DNA of 64,000 nucleotides from Dendrobates tinctorius (Eukaryota), in NCBI RefSeq assembly GCF_039654945.1, contig NW_027361960.1, positions 12,276,001 to 12,340,000 of the forward strand, written 5' to 3'. Below are positions 38,486 through 51,182 of this stretch, one piece after another. The stretch's first letter is position 1; each line of letters starts with the position of its first letter. The position numbers and the translations under genes are program-made. Below the pieces are notes generated by a model, which was not told where the DNA came from, made no database searches, and worked only from the letters and a program-made list of their open reading frames with translations.

Positions 38486-40808
38486 GAGGGCACAAAATGA
38501 AGAGTATGTATGAGGGCATGTATGAGGAAACAGTATGGGGGATGGGTGCAGACAGTAAGGGGTGCGAACGGGTGAATGTATGTGGACACAGTATGGGGAG
38601 TGAGGGTGATGGCATGTGTGCAGACACAGTATGGGGAGTCAGGGGTATGTGTGAGCAGACAGTATAGAGAGTGAGGGGGTAAATATATGAGGAGACAGTA
38701 TGGTGAACAGAGGGATGATAGAGGAGACAGTATGAGGAAGGAGGGGAATAGTGTGAGGTGACAGTATAATGCAGATATTTTTTATTTAGGAGCATTATAA
38801 TGACACTTCTATCTTTAAGGGCATCATGTGGAGATTTGCTGCAGAAGACCGGAGAAGATGGAAGTCTGCAGAGACGGCTGTGGATGAGAAAACTCACCAT
38901 GGGGTCTGGACAAGAAGAAGAAAAGGAGAACGACTTCAGGGACGACATCATCTATAAGGTATCTGGATGTAAATGTTATTTGTGATACTGACTAATTCTC
39001 GTGTTTTTATTTGTTAGGAACATTAAAGGGGTTGTCCAGGCTTGTGCTGAGTCTGCAGTCATTCTATGTGACTGCAGACTTCTGAATTCTCACAGTGCTC
39101 ACTGAACGCTGTTAGAATTCTATCATGCCGGTAATTTACATACATACGGTCACATGCTGACTAGACATGTGTGGCCTCACTCAATAAAAATGAACTGAGC
39201 GAGGCCGGGCATGTCTAGTCGGAATGTGGCCAGAAGTATACAAATCACATACTTGTGCTGACATGACTGTACATCGGCAAGGGAGAATCCTAAAAGTGTG
39301 CAGTGCATTCATTTTGAGAATTCAGAAGCCTGCAATGTCAGGATTCAGCTCTGCAGGTTCCAGTAGTCATCACATGGACACTTCACTCATATGCGATTTT
39401 CATAGTTATGGTCTTGTGACAACGAGCTTCTCATCCTGCTTTCTTCAGTTTTTACTGAACATTGAGAGCATTAATTAATAAAATATTCCCTGTCTGAAGG
39501 CACCGCAAGCGTGAGAAAGTTCTCCTGCTCGCGGTGCCGTCAGGTCCTGCGAGTTCACAGCCAATGAGCACACTTCCCCTTTCTGACGTCAATGCGAACG
39601 CCATGGGAAAATGAGAGCACACTCGATGGTCGCGTCACTAGACAGGGCACAGCCTCGCTCAATACAAGTGTATGGAGCAAGGCCATGCCCACTAGACAGC
39701 TTCTGTCCGAAAGTATGTATAACAGTTATTTTGACATGCCAAAGTTAAAGATGTCAATTTTCCTTTAAACCCTTTAAACTTTATTAACCACAGATATAGG
39801 TTGCAGAGTAGACACTGTGGCTTTTGGCACAGTACTCCCACTGGCAGGGTTTAAGAGACATGTGAGCAGGTTGTGGGATGCAGTGACAGACCAGAGACAG
39901 ATCAAGGGTCAACGTATTAACTTTAACAGTGATACTTTATACTCCACATAGGGAGTTAAGCAGTTATGCAGGGATATTACAGTTATGAAGGTAACACAGG
40001 GCAATATGGAGGGTGGTAGAACACTTGTGACAAGGCTGAAGCAAGTTCTTAAAGTATAACTTATCCGATCATATGACTTACAGGTGGCGGATACAATGAT
40101 ACGGAGCGGTAGCGCAGACAACGGTCAGCAAAGCCTTGATCCGGTGAGGTCCTGATGTAAGCATGGATCCGGTGAAGTCCTGATGTAAGCAAGGATCCGA
40201 TGAAGTCTTGACAGCAATAAATAGTGTCACAGACCCCCCGCTGACACCGGTATGTCACGGACGGAGAGATGTGACGCACTGCCGACACACGGCTATCACA
40301 GGCACAGGGGGGGCTTATCTTAGTTATCCCACCGCTGGCACCATGTGATAAAAACAGCAAGCTAGTCTAACAATTTATCGCAGGAGGGTTATTTTGGATG
40401 CGAACAATCTTCCACGAACTGCGGGGATTTATGTATATCCCACTCTTTCAGTTCCACTTGGGAACTCGCAGCTTTCCGGCGCCCCCCTAAGGCTACTTTC
40501 ACACTTGCTTTTCTTTGCAGAGCGTTTTTTGCCCAAAAAAACGCATGGAAAAAACGCATACAAACGCTGAGTTTTTTTCAAGCATTTTTATGCTCATGCT
40601 GGAAAAAAACGCAGCGTTTTTATGCGTTTGTATGCGTTTTTAGTGCGTTTGCGTTTTTTTCCATATTGTTTGTCCTCACCCAAAAAAAAAACAAATAACA
40701 ATCTGGCAACACACACGACCAATGGGACGTCAGTGGCGGTGTGGTATGTTAATATATGGACCCTGTCTACAGTATTCTTCACATTTGCTTGATTGTTCTC
40801 GTGTCAAC

Positions 40809-42202
40809 ATGGATCTGCGCTGGAAGAGTTTTCACTTCAACTTGGATTTGGACATCGTGATGGCTCAGGCTTATGCAGTTGCTTGCCATGAACAAAGGAA
40901 GAGAGAGAGGCAGCGAAGACGGCAGCGTATGTGGATACATCCGATTGTTGAACTCCGGGAGAGCCGTGGGGCATACCACACCCTCTACAGTGAGCTACAG
41001 GCAAACTCGGAGAAATTTACAGATTATATCCGGATGTCCCAAGAAAGCTTCAGGGATTTGCTTGCTCGTGTCCAAGAATCCATCCGGAGACAGGACAAAC
41101 AGCCCCGTCGTGCGATTCCTCCTGAGGAACGGCTACTGGTGACATTACGGTACGTAATATTTAAAAACCAAGGGGTGGGGTCTGATGGGTTTTTTTTTAC
41201 ATGTACTATACAAAACGTTGGCTAATTATTTTTCGTCAATGTACTAATATTTTTTTTTATAGTTTTACAAAACCATATACAGAAATATTAATTTTACTTC
41301 TTTCTCTGTTTCGCAGATTCCTGGCGACTGGAGAGACCCTATCTTCAATACACTTCCAGTACCGTATTGGAATCTCTACCTTGCCTGGAATTGTTGCGGA
41401 CACCTGCCGGGCTCTCTGGAATGTTCTTTGTCCAGAATTTATGCCCCTGCCCACCGCTGAAAAGTGGATGGAAATTGCTGACAAATTCTGGACAGTCTGC
41501 AATTTCCCCAACTGTTTGGGAGCTGTTGATGGTAAACACATACGGATCATCAAACCCAAAAGAACTGGATCTGAGTACTATAATTACAAAAAGTACTTTT
41601 CAATAGTACTCATGGCCATTGCGGATGCCGGATGTATGTTTGCAGCAATGGACATTGGAGCATTTGGCCGTGGTAATGACTCACAGGCTCTTAAAAACTC
41701 AGACATGGGCCGGAGGTTGTATGGCAACCAATTTAATTTCCCTATGCCACGGCCTCTTCCTCACACCGAAGCTCCGCCACTGCCCTTTGTAATGGTTGGG
41801 GATGAGGCTTTTCAAATGTGCGCAAACTTACTGAAACACTACTCCAGCCGGGACTTGGACCACACCAAAAAAATATTTAATTACAGGCTGACCAGGGCCA
41901 GAAGAACTGTCGAGTGTGCTTTTGGGATTGTTGTCTCCAGATGGCGAATTCTCGGCACAGCCATTAATCTTAAACTTGAAACAGTCGATGAGGTGGTGAT
42001 GGCGTGTGTGGTTCTACATAATTTTGTGATGGCTAAAGAGCACCCGACCTTTGAACTCGATGATGCTGCTCCTAACCCATTGCCTGAATTCACTCAGCAC
42101 CCTGTCAGGTCATCCGTTGAAGTTGGCCAAATGAGGGACCAATTTGCGGCCTACTTTATCTCTGATGTAGGACAGGTGCACTGGCAAGATGAAATGGTGT
42201 AA
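40809..42202 (+). CDS. Harbinger DDE transposase, intact spliced ORF (exons 40809-41149 and 41317-42202; 408 aa)
   Basis: A GTACGT...TTCGCAG intron joins LLVTLR to FLATG in frame (341+886=1227 nt). AVDGKHI, GDEAF and VECAFG supply the D, D, E residues. Confidence 0.88.
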
Positions 42203-43205
42203 TAATGTTTTCGTTTGTGTATGTTAATAAAAAACCTGATTTGATACCAGTACCGAGTGCACTGTTTTTTACACTCCAATAAAATAAAAAACTTCCCATG
42301 TATACCTGTGAATTCATGATGTTCTCAAACCTGTGCAGGTAAATACACATATGAGTTAAAATGCAGCATCGCTAGTCTGCGTTAAATATATTGGTACGTA
42401 AGCAAAGCTGCAGGATAAATATGATATGTGTATTATCCAGGCCATGATTGATAAATAGTTATGATTATGACATTTGAGCGACTTTGGTAGGATCGGGTTT
42501 CATGAAACCAAATTTGTTTGAAATGAAACTTGTCCAACTAGTGGAAAACAAGTTGGAGATTCGTTCAAAACCAAACCACAATGCAAAGAAACTCGCCTTT
42601 TTTTTGCCCGAGTTTCACCAGTTTGTGTTTCAGGAAACCAGATCCTAGTCGGTAAAATGCTGGTTATTATACTAGGCCTTTTTTTATTTAACATATTAAC
42701 ATATGATGTGTATTTTACCCATCAGTGGATTCAACACACAAGAGTATGTTGTTAATTACAAGGTATATCAATAATCCCCCTTGCCTAGAATCACAATAAG
42801 TGAAATGAGGATGGTAAAAACAGCCAATCCTCCAAACACTTTTTATGACACCTTGCAAAGTTTAAGCCACATTGTGTGTACGGCGCAGTGTGTGTGAGTG
42901 GCGCCAAAAACATTAATCAACCTTTGTTATGGTGAACCAGAAATTTTAAATTTATTTTTAACCAGAAAAATTAAAAAAAACTTTATTTTTTTCTGCGTTT
43001 GGGGGCAGATGGTTGCAAGTTGGGGGTGTGCAGGGAAGATGCAGAACTTACAGTTGAAGAAGGTGTTCTAGGGGAAGGGGCAACAAAACTTGTGGGGGAA
43101 GGGAGTCCAGTTATGGGAATTGAACTAGAATCACTTGGAGGAGAGGAAAGAGGTTCAGGGACATTGGTCCTAAGTGCTTGTTTCCGTAAACTTGTCTGCC
43201 TGGAC

Positions 43206-45411
43206 CTACTTGGCCCAATGCCCGCCTTGATTGATGGCACCTTGAACTTGGGGCAAATTTTGAATGTGGGTCCCCCGTCTGCAGCTGTGGCTGCTGCTGC
43301 TGCTGTGGCTGCTGCTGCTGCGGTGGCTGCTGCTGCTGTGGCTGCTGCTGATGCTGTGGCTGCTGCTGATGCTCTGTGGTGGCGGTGGAAGTGCTCTTCC
43401 CTGCAGGAGGACTGGTGGCGCAGTGATGATCCAGGTTTGCGAAGTGGTGGTGGCAGGTCTACTACATGTTGTTGTAGCGGCAGGGCTGTTCCACGTTTGC
43501 GGAATGGTGGCTGTGCTCCAAGCATGCATGGGGGTGGCGGTGGTGCTCCAGACAGAAGCAGCGCTTGCCATGGTGGTGTTGGTGAAGTGACCAGCTGCAC
43601 TCAGACTTGTGGTGGTGTAACGGTGGGTGTCCTGGCTTTGAATAGAGGTGTCCGTGCAGTGGTATGCAGCACAAGTCGGTGGTGAGGTGAAGCGAGTCAA
43701 TGGTGGCACAGGTGGAAATGACACCACTGACTGCTGCCTGTACCGATTATGCTGCATAGCCTGCAAGAAAGCATTGTTGCAAGCCTGCAGCACATTCAGC
43801 TGTTGCTCAGGACTAAGGTGTTCCGCCATGCCCTTTTCAATCTTACTAAAAAAATGGTGCGCTGGTCTGTTGAGGTCGCCTCCAGACGGTCAAGGCGCTG
43901 TTCGACAGAATGGAAGCGGTGTTCCATGAGTGAAAAACCGCTTTCCACTCTGTCGGACAGCGACTTGAGGCTGGCATTAAAGGCCTCGCTCAAGTGCATA
44001 AACTCGGGCAAGACATTCCTGTCCAAGGCCCTCTGCCGCTGGCGGGTAGTGCCCGCATAACCAGTGGCAGAGACCTGGGACAGGGGAACACCTGATGGAC
44101 CAGCTTCCTGGTCACCAGCTGTCTGTGTGGCTGACCTGCAAGGTGCTTCCTGGCTGTTGGATGGCTGGGACGGGTCAGAGGACGTCCGATGAAGGACCGC
44201 TCCAGAGCCAGGTTGCAGGGTGCTGCTCCAGGTGCTGTGGAAGAAAGGAAAATCATTACTATCATGCCTTTACAAGAAGCATCAGCTGTGGATTAGAAAA
44301 ACACAGATTAATAAAAATAAAAAACAAAAAATTATAATACTTACGATCTAGTGGCAGGGACAGGTCTTAGGAACTGCAACGCGTGATAGTATCGGTATCT
44401 TGTTCATGTCCTTGACGCAGATCCACTGCGAACCTGGCCCTCAGCACGAACATCACTGTTGAAGCGGTCCTTGATCGAGCGCCAACGTGATCTTACTTTG
44501 TCCACTGTTGGAAAAACAAACCAACAACATGTAACAATTGTGTTTGATGCACGACATATGCTATCACTAAACCCAAAGGTGCCATCAAGGACAATAGTCA
44601 CTGCGGCACAATACAGCAATACAATACCCAAAGCAGTCACTGTAGAGCCAGATGACACTGTTGGGTTTCCTGCTAGAATATATCTAGCATGAAATCTAAC
44701 AGTGCCATCAAGGTCAATAGTCACTGCGGCACAATACAGCAATACAATACCCAAAGCAGTCACTGTAGAGCCAGATGACACTGTTGGGTTTCCTGCTAGA
44801 ATATATCTAGCACGAAACCCAACAGTGCCATCAAGGACAATAGTCACTGCGGCATAACAGAGCAGGGAAATACTTACTAAATGCCTTTTTGGAGGATGCA
44901 GTGGCGCTGTCCCAGCCATCCATCATTGCTGCGGCCACCTCATTCCATAGCCGCCGGGTCACCACATTGTCCTTGTACAGCCGGTCACGGCTGTCCCACA
45001 ACGGGGCACGCTCCTGGACCAGGCTGATAAGCTGCTCATTATCCAGGTATACGTCTTCATCCCGTTGTGGAACCTAGACAAAACACATTCATTAGAATAT
45101 TCAAATTTTGAGTGAATAAAAAGTTACAAAAAAAATCCAGAAAAGATGAAATATAGAAGATAAAAAATAAAGAACATTACAAATCATTTGATACTTACAT
45201 TCCGTATCACCACCGGGACTGGGCTTGGCTGCTCATGCTGTTCGCCCTCAGTAGTCATGTCCGCAGAAGAAGACGATGTCTGAAAAAAAAAAAAATGTTA
45301 GAGATTTGGAGAAGCAGCAGATATACTTACCAAACGCATGAAAATAATCACCTCACGGTCTGCTTGCACCAGTTCCTGCCGGGATGGGGAATATTCTGAT
45401 TCCGAAGACAT
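43206..45411 (-). pseudogene. Harbinger MADF (Myb/SANT-like) partner gene, five exons, disrupted
   Basis: Exons 45411-45352, 45279-45199, 45073-44878, 44504 to about 44346, and about 44236 onward. LISLVQERAPLWD...RWRSIKDRF. TGA at 44404-44406 and a later frame change near 43870. BESS-like LSPEQQLNVLQAC segment. Confidence 0.8.
43280..43375. repeat. Imperfect (GCT)n microsatellite in the last MADF exon
   Basis: gctgctgctgtg repeats, reading SSSHS on the minus strand. Confidence 0.9.
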
Positions 45412-46450
45412 ACTGCATGTAAAAATAATAAAACGCATTAGTTCATATACAATTTAAAAGGACAGGCATACATTATTAGATGTAATAATACTCACATTCT
45501 TGACGCTGAAGCTGGGATTGAAGATGGGTTCGTTTTTAGCTGAATTTCTGCTCTCCAGTCTGTCACTATAGTTGTGGTACAGTGTTGGCAGACACCTCCT
45601 TTATATAGACATGTTTTTTTGGGGGGTTGGGAATTTTATAACTTGTCTAACCAGTGGACACCAAAAAAACGCATGCGCAAAAAAACGCATACATGCGCAT
45701 GCCAATGCGCACGTATGCGCATCCATAGGCCATAATGGTCATTTTTTGCGCATGCAGTTTTTTAAAGCGGTTGGGCGGACCAAAAAATGCAACATGTAGC
45801 GTCTGTAAAATAAAAATGCACACCCAAAAAGAACACAGGGCACGAAAAACGCATACGTGCGCATGCTAATGCGCACGTATGCGCGCCCATGTTAAATATA
45901 GGGGAAAAACGCCTGCGCAGGTATGCGTTTTTTTGCAGCGCAAAAAAACGCAAATGTGAAACCAGCCTTACCCTCAGGTCAGTCAGGGAACTACACCTGG
46001 GATAATGGGTCGCCGGCCGGCTGCTTCAATGAGGTCTGGCCACCCGGCACGCTGCAGTGAGGGAATTATAAAACACTCTGGCCACAGCCACACAATTAGC
46101 TTATAAAACCCCTTCTGTCACTCTCAGCAGTGCCCAGGGCCCAGACCACACATTGCCGCCACCAGCTCCAGATTTCTCTGCTTAAGTTATAATCTTAATA
46201 GAGGGGTTCGAAGCCAACCCAATTCAGTAGCGTATTTATCTTAAAGGCACGTGAACGTTCGTTCTTAGAGCATGAAGGCACACTAATAAATTTTATTATT
46301 TATTCCCCAAAAGGGGGGCAGTGATTACATAGATAAAAGACGTTACAAAGTTGAGACAGTAGGTATGTACAATGCAAATATAAAATAAAAGGGATTAACA
46401 TAGCGATTCAACACATAGTTGCTTAATGGTCTTTAGGCTAGCCATGTGGG

Positions 46451-47496
46451 TGTCATGATCCAGGTAGGAGCTGACAGAGTAAATGCACAAAGTAACCTTT
46501 TTTTCCCTTGGCTGTGTGCCAAGGGTGGTTTGCCCCCAGTGGCCATTCGGGTCATTGCACTTTGGTTACCTTAGTTTGTGCACGTAATTAGGTATCAGGT
46601 GTGGCAGCTCTATAAGAGAGTATCAGGTGTGTTAATTACTGTTGGTGATAAAGTATTCATTTGCAAGCAAGCCTGGGTGAAGGATGGAGCTGAAGGAGAG
46701 TCACGAGCAGCTCAGTGAGATCCCTGGAGTGTCAGCTATGGTGTCTGCAAGGAGTGCTGGCATGGCGTGGTGGAGACGCAGTTATGGTGTCAGCAAGGAA
46801 TTTGTGCATGGATTGGTGGAGTGGCAGCTATGGTGTAGAGCTGCACTCAAAATGCTGGACTTGATTGCTGAGAGCTGGACTCAAGCATGCTGGACTTTTT
46901 GGCAGAAAAGCTGGACTCATTTGCGGGACTCTGTTTCTGGACAGCTGCACGCAGGTGTGGACTCTGTTTGCTCCAAGGCTGCACTATGATGCCGAGAAGG
47001 TCCGTTTCTGGACAGCGCACCCAGATGTCAGACACGGTGGAGGAAAAGATGCACGCAGGTGGTGGGCTCTGTTGCTGGGAGCGTAAGCAACAGAGCAAAG
47101 CTAAGTGGTGTTCCCCTGTTTCGTCACTTTTCCTTATGTGTGTTTAGTGCAGTGGTGGGATTAGTTTCCGCACCGACCAATTCCCTAGTGAGGGTTTAGG
47201 TGCAGGGCGAGTCAGGGTTTTGAGGTTCCTGATCGTCGCCCGGTGCGGAACCAGCCTAGGGAACGTTAGGAGTGTAGAGACACTGACTCAGGGGAGTGCA
47301 GGAGGTCTCCACTTCCCCGTTTCCCTATCACAGGGCCACAATTGTTATTGTTACCCAGGTTTTCCCTATTCCAATTGTCTTATTGTATTAGTTACTGGCC
47401 TGCGGGCCACGTCACATAAGAAAATTACACGTGCCGCATCCTGTTGTATCAGTTACCGGCCTGCTGGCCGTGTCACTCAGGACGGGGCACGTGACA
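46451..47496. mobile_element. Solo LTR
   Basis: Termini TGTCATG...CGTGACA. Perfect 5-bp TSD gtggg at 46446-46450 and 47497-47501. Confidence 0.85.
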
Positions 47497-48759
47497 GTGG
47501 GGAGGCGGGGCCACACATCGCCCTGCAACTGGGGTCCTTTCAGCATGAAAACCTCCAGCTCGACTGACTGATTTTTGGAAGGAAATACCATGTAGCTTTG
47601 GGTTTGTGACATCATAAAAGGGGCCGTCTGGGGGCCGTCCTCCACCCTGCTCTAAGTTACAATTCTGACTACAAAACTTATAATGACTATATCTCGATAG
47701 AGGGTACTCGTATAAACATGCACATGGTATCATTTTTTTAGCCTGTCGCAGGCAATAATGAAAAAACAAACATGCAGTAGTTATGTCACACCGTTTAGGA
47801 GGAACCCAGTTCTCGATTTCTGGGGGTGCTAGAACCGTGCAAATTATGGGTCAGGATGTTGGGTCGATGCATTTTGCAGAAATGTAAGTTTCATTTTTCT
47901 GTCGCGAACGAGGGGTTTGCTAGGGCTTCTTTTAATATTTCCCATAACTGAATTAGCCTCATGGCCAGGACAAAGACATTCTTTCCAGTCAGCTTAATTA
48001 ACATTCCTTAGCTGTGGAGAATGTTTACACAGGAAGTCTCTGGTGTAGGGTTACAAACAGGCACAGAGGAGATACACACAGCTGCCAAGGGGGGAAGGAG
48101 GGGTCACTTCTGCAGCGTGTGACAAGCAGAAATCTTATCTGTAGTGTAACAATGGGAGATTCTGGAATGTTCCAGGGAAGTCATATCTTACTTATTATTA
48201 CAATTAGTCTCTGTTACCCTACGCAGGGTTCTGAGGTTGTGGTCGCAGGCAATGTGCGGGCCACAACACAGTATGAGCCCAATGTGGCTTGGTAGTTATG
48301 GACCGGGAAGTCAGGGCACAGTGCACAGTCATGTACCCGTTGTCTCTTAAGCGGTTCAAGTGCAGCACAAGCAGGCCCAGAGTGTTTGGCACCCTGGTTT
48401 GCGAGAGCCAGTGGCACACTACACGTCTCTGTACCCACCTCTGCGGGTGGCCGCGGGGATTCTCAGGTGCGGGCCTGCGCTGCTACGGTGCTCTAGGAAT
48501 GGAGCACTCACTTCTCTCTGCCGTGTGCTGTCTGTTCCCGCCAAGTCTGATGACTTTTGTGCGCGCTCTGTTCTCCCCGAGTTAGCCACGCCCCCGCTGC
48601 TAAGTGAAAAGGTTGGTCCGATCCCTTAAGCTTTCCCCCAGGCAACAGAGGAGACAACCCCGACAGTTCCAGACCCGGTGCAAGAAAGGTACAATCAGCC
48701 GGGTCATTCTGCTTACACTCCCCCTCTCTTTTGCTCGCCGTTCCACAGGGCGAGAGTTC

Positions 48760-50830
48760 TTATAGCACCCGTTGACATTCTTCCATTTCACGGATGATTC
48801 TTTGCCGTGACGGTAATGTACTAGTGCGGCGTGTCAATCTCGGAGAAGACAATCTCTCGCTTCCACCTAAAAGCGTAGTAGCGCAGATCTTGGGCATGCC
48901 TGAAGAGCTGATACCACCGAAGGCTGTCCAGTTGACAGTGAAGCAGGGAGACCCTTGGTCAATGGCCGTAAACGTGTCTTCTGAACCAGAACCCCAACAC
49001 CTACAGTAAGGGTGCCGAATTCTAGAACAGATGCGGGCTGAAATAACGGAGCTTTCACCGCAACAGGTGCAACAGGTGGAAGCTCTGCTTGGCCGATACC
49101 AGGATATTTTTTCCCTCCATGATGATGATTTTGGGTGTACCATGGCAAACACTCATGAAATCCTGACTGGGAATGCTGCACCTATCCGAGAACGCTACCA
49201 TCAGATCCCACAACAAATGTATCAAGAAGTGAGGGGAATGTTAACACAGATGTTACAGAGTGGAGTGATTAGAGAATGCCAAAGCCCATTGGCAGCCCCC
49301 ATTGTACTTGTGCGGAAAAAGGACAGGACTCTACGGTTCTGCATAGATTATCAGAAATTGAATGTCTGTATGGTGTGAGATTCATATCCCTTACCAAGAA
49401 TTGATGAATCATTATCTGCTTTGGGAAATGTGAAATACTTCTCGTCGTTGAATTTGACCAGCGGTTATTGGCAAGTCCCCATGTGCGAGAAAGATCGAGC
49501 AAAGACAGCCTTCATACATACTACCTACAGTGTTGCTGGAATTTAACCGCATACCGTTTGGCCTGGCTAATGCCTCTGGGACCTTCCAACGACTGATGGA
49601 GAGATGTCTGGGAGATTTAAACTTCGAAGACACCCTCATCTATCTGGATGACATCATTGTTTACGCAGCCATTTTTGATGAACATCTGCAGAAACTGGAA
49701 CAAGTATTGAGACGTCTACAGAGACATGGCCTCAAGGTGAGTCCTCAGAAGTGTCAACTTTGTCACACCCAAATTGAATACTTGGGACATGTTGAGTCCA
49801 CGGAAGGGATGAGACCATCACGGGAAAAAAAATCACAGCATTACAGGATTGGCCTACTCCGAAGACTGTAAAGGATGTTCGGACTTTCTTGGGACTCACA
49901 GGATACTAACGATGATTTGTGAAGAATTTTACTCACATCTTCAATCGCCTACTGGAATTGCTGAAAGGAATACCGTCGGGTGCAAAGAACAGGACCATTT
50001 TGTGGGGAGACTGTCAGGAGGAAGCGTTTTGAGCTTTGAAGATGGCGTTAACTGAGGCACCAGTATTACTATGCGCAGATTTCTCCAAACCGTTTATTCT
50101 CCACACCAATGAAAGTCTACATGGGCTAGGATCTGTGCTGTGCCAGATACAGGGTGGAAAAGAGCGAGTGATCACCTCCGCAAGCCGTTCCCTCCACAAC
50201 TCTGAACGAAACCCGGACAACTAGTTTTTTTAAACTAGAAGTGCTGGCATTGGTGTGGGTCATGACTCAGAAGTCATCAAGCTCCTCAAGCTCGTGACGA
50301 CGACACTCCGGCCCGCACCACTCCTCCTCAGGTACAGGGAACCCAGTGGGCCAGTACTCGTAGGCAACTCCCCACAGCCTTCCTGGTTGGTTCTTCTCCT
50401 CTGTCTGTTGCCACTTCCTTTCAATGCGGCCAATGCCGCCGCAACAATGGGTACAGGAGTGTGCCATCGCTGCCGCTGCCGTATCTTGCAATGGCACCGC
50501 GCAGCTACATACAGGGTTTTCTTCTGGGCCCCACCAATTCCAGGGTGGAGCTGCTTCCGGCTGCTCCACCCATTCAGCATTGGACTCCGCCCTTTCTGCA
50601 GGAATCTGCCGCAAGGGGCGAAGTTTTCTTTTCTTCCATCGTGCCCACCATGGGCGGACACCGCTCACCCGAGTATGCATCTCAGGCCCGGTCCACTGTC
50701 TCTGCCAGACGGAATTTCGTGCTATTTTCAGGTCAGGACACCCACGAGGGGTGGGGTTGAAGTTGTTCTCAATCTCTGCGCCATTTTCTGCCACCTTTGT
50801 CACATTCAGGGCATCTGTCACATAGGACAT
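48760..50830 (-). pseudogene. Orphan 198-aa ORF in the gag position after the PBS, split by an antisense pol insert (50830-50270 + 48795-48760)
   Basis: ATG lies about 45 bp after the PBS. Removing the insert joins ...ELEELDDF to IREMEECQRVL* in frame. No gag motif recognised. Confidence 0.5.
48798..50269 (+). pseudogene. Ty3/Gypsy pol fragment (linker, RT, partial RNase H), degenerate
   Basis: PIVLVRKKDRTLRFCIDY, YPLPRIDE, IPFGLANASGTFQRLME, YLDDII, IEYLGHV, ALTEAPVL..ADFSKPFILHTNES, LEVLALVW. Several stops and frameshifts. Confidence 0.93.
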
Positions 50831-50876
50831 GTTTCTTTGTCACATTAAAGGCATTTTCACACTGCAAGGTTTCCGG

Positions 50877-50895
50877 ATCCTGCCGAACTATGCCA
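50877..50895 (-). promoter_or_regulatory. Primer-binding site complementary to the tRNA-Ser 3' end
   Basis: Minus strand TGGCATAGTTCGGCAGGAT versus the tRNA-Ser complement TGGCGTAGTCGGCAGGAT (1 substitution, 1 insertion), 2 bp from the LTR end at 50898. Confidence 0.8.
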
Positions 50896-51182
50896 AGTGT
50901 AAGGCCGGGGTCACACTAACTGACGCAAAATACGGTCCGTAGTTTACATGCGTAATACGGATGAATGACTCCTAAATAGTGCTAAGTATGTCATCCGTAA
51001 GCAAGGTGTGGTCGCGTATTTTGCACATGTCTGCATCCGTATGTAATCCGTATGGCATCCGTATGCAATCCGTATGGCGAGATTTTCTCGCCACCTTACA
51101 AAATGGACATATAATGGAGCCCTATGACAGGGCTTCTAACAGAAACAAAATAATAGATATAGACACATAGAATGCATATATA

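Larger units (their letters stand above)
40491..45967. mobile_element. PIF/Harbinger transposon copy 2 (full-length two-gene structure)
   Basis: TIRs ggctactttcacacttgc / gcaaatgtgaaaccagcc. TWA flanks taa/tta. Same family as 17034-24361, in the opposite orientation. Confidence 0.93.
39816..50897 (-). mobile_element. LTR-retroelement-derived tract (internal region and probable LTR-like left part) broken by a Harbinger element, a solo LTR and a pol fragment
   Basis: Follows the PBS at 50877-50895. Sequence rejoins across the TSD-bounded inserts. The left boundary is uncertain and does not visibly match the LTR at 55513-56361, so it may be chimeric. Confidence 0.45.

Noticed and set aside
38800-38985. 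Possible host-gene exon
   Set aside because: No recognisable domain or connected coding exons; lies in repeat-like context. Kept only as a speculative splice-cassette finding.
40809-42202. Calling this the domesticated host gene HARBI1
   Set aside because: It lies between TIRs with a MADF partner and has a decayed paralogue in the same window, so it is a transposon gene.
42999-43685. 228-aa poly-Ala ORF on the plus strand
   Set aside because: Antisense to the MADF last exon and driven by the (GCT)n tract.
39816-46150. tgtgg...ccaca segment as the 3' LTR partner of 50898-56361
   Set aside because: No visible similarity to that LTR, and no clear TSD or polypurine tract.
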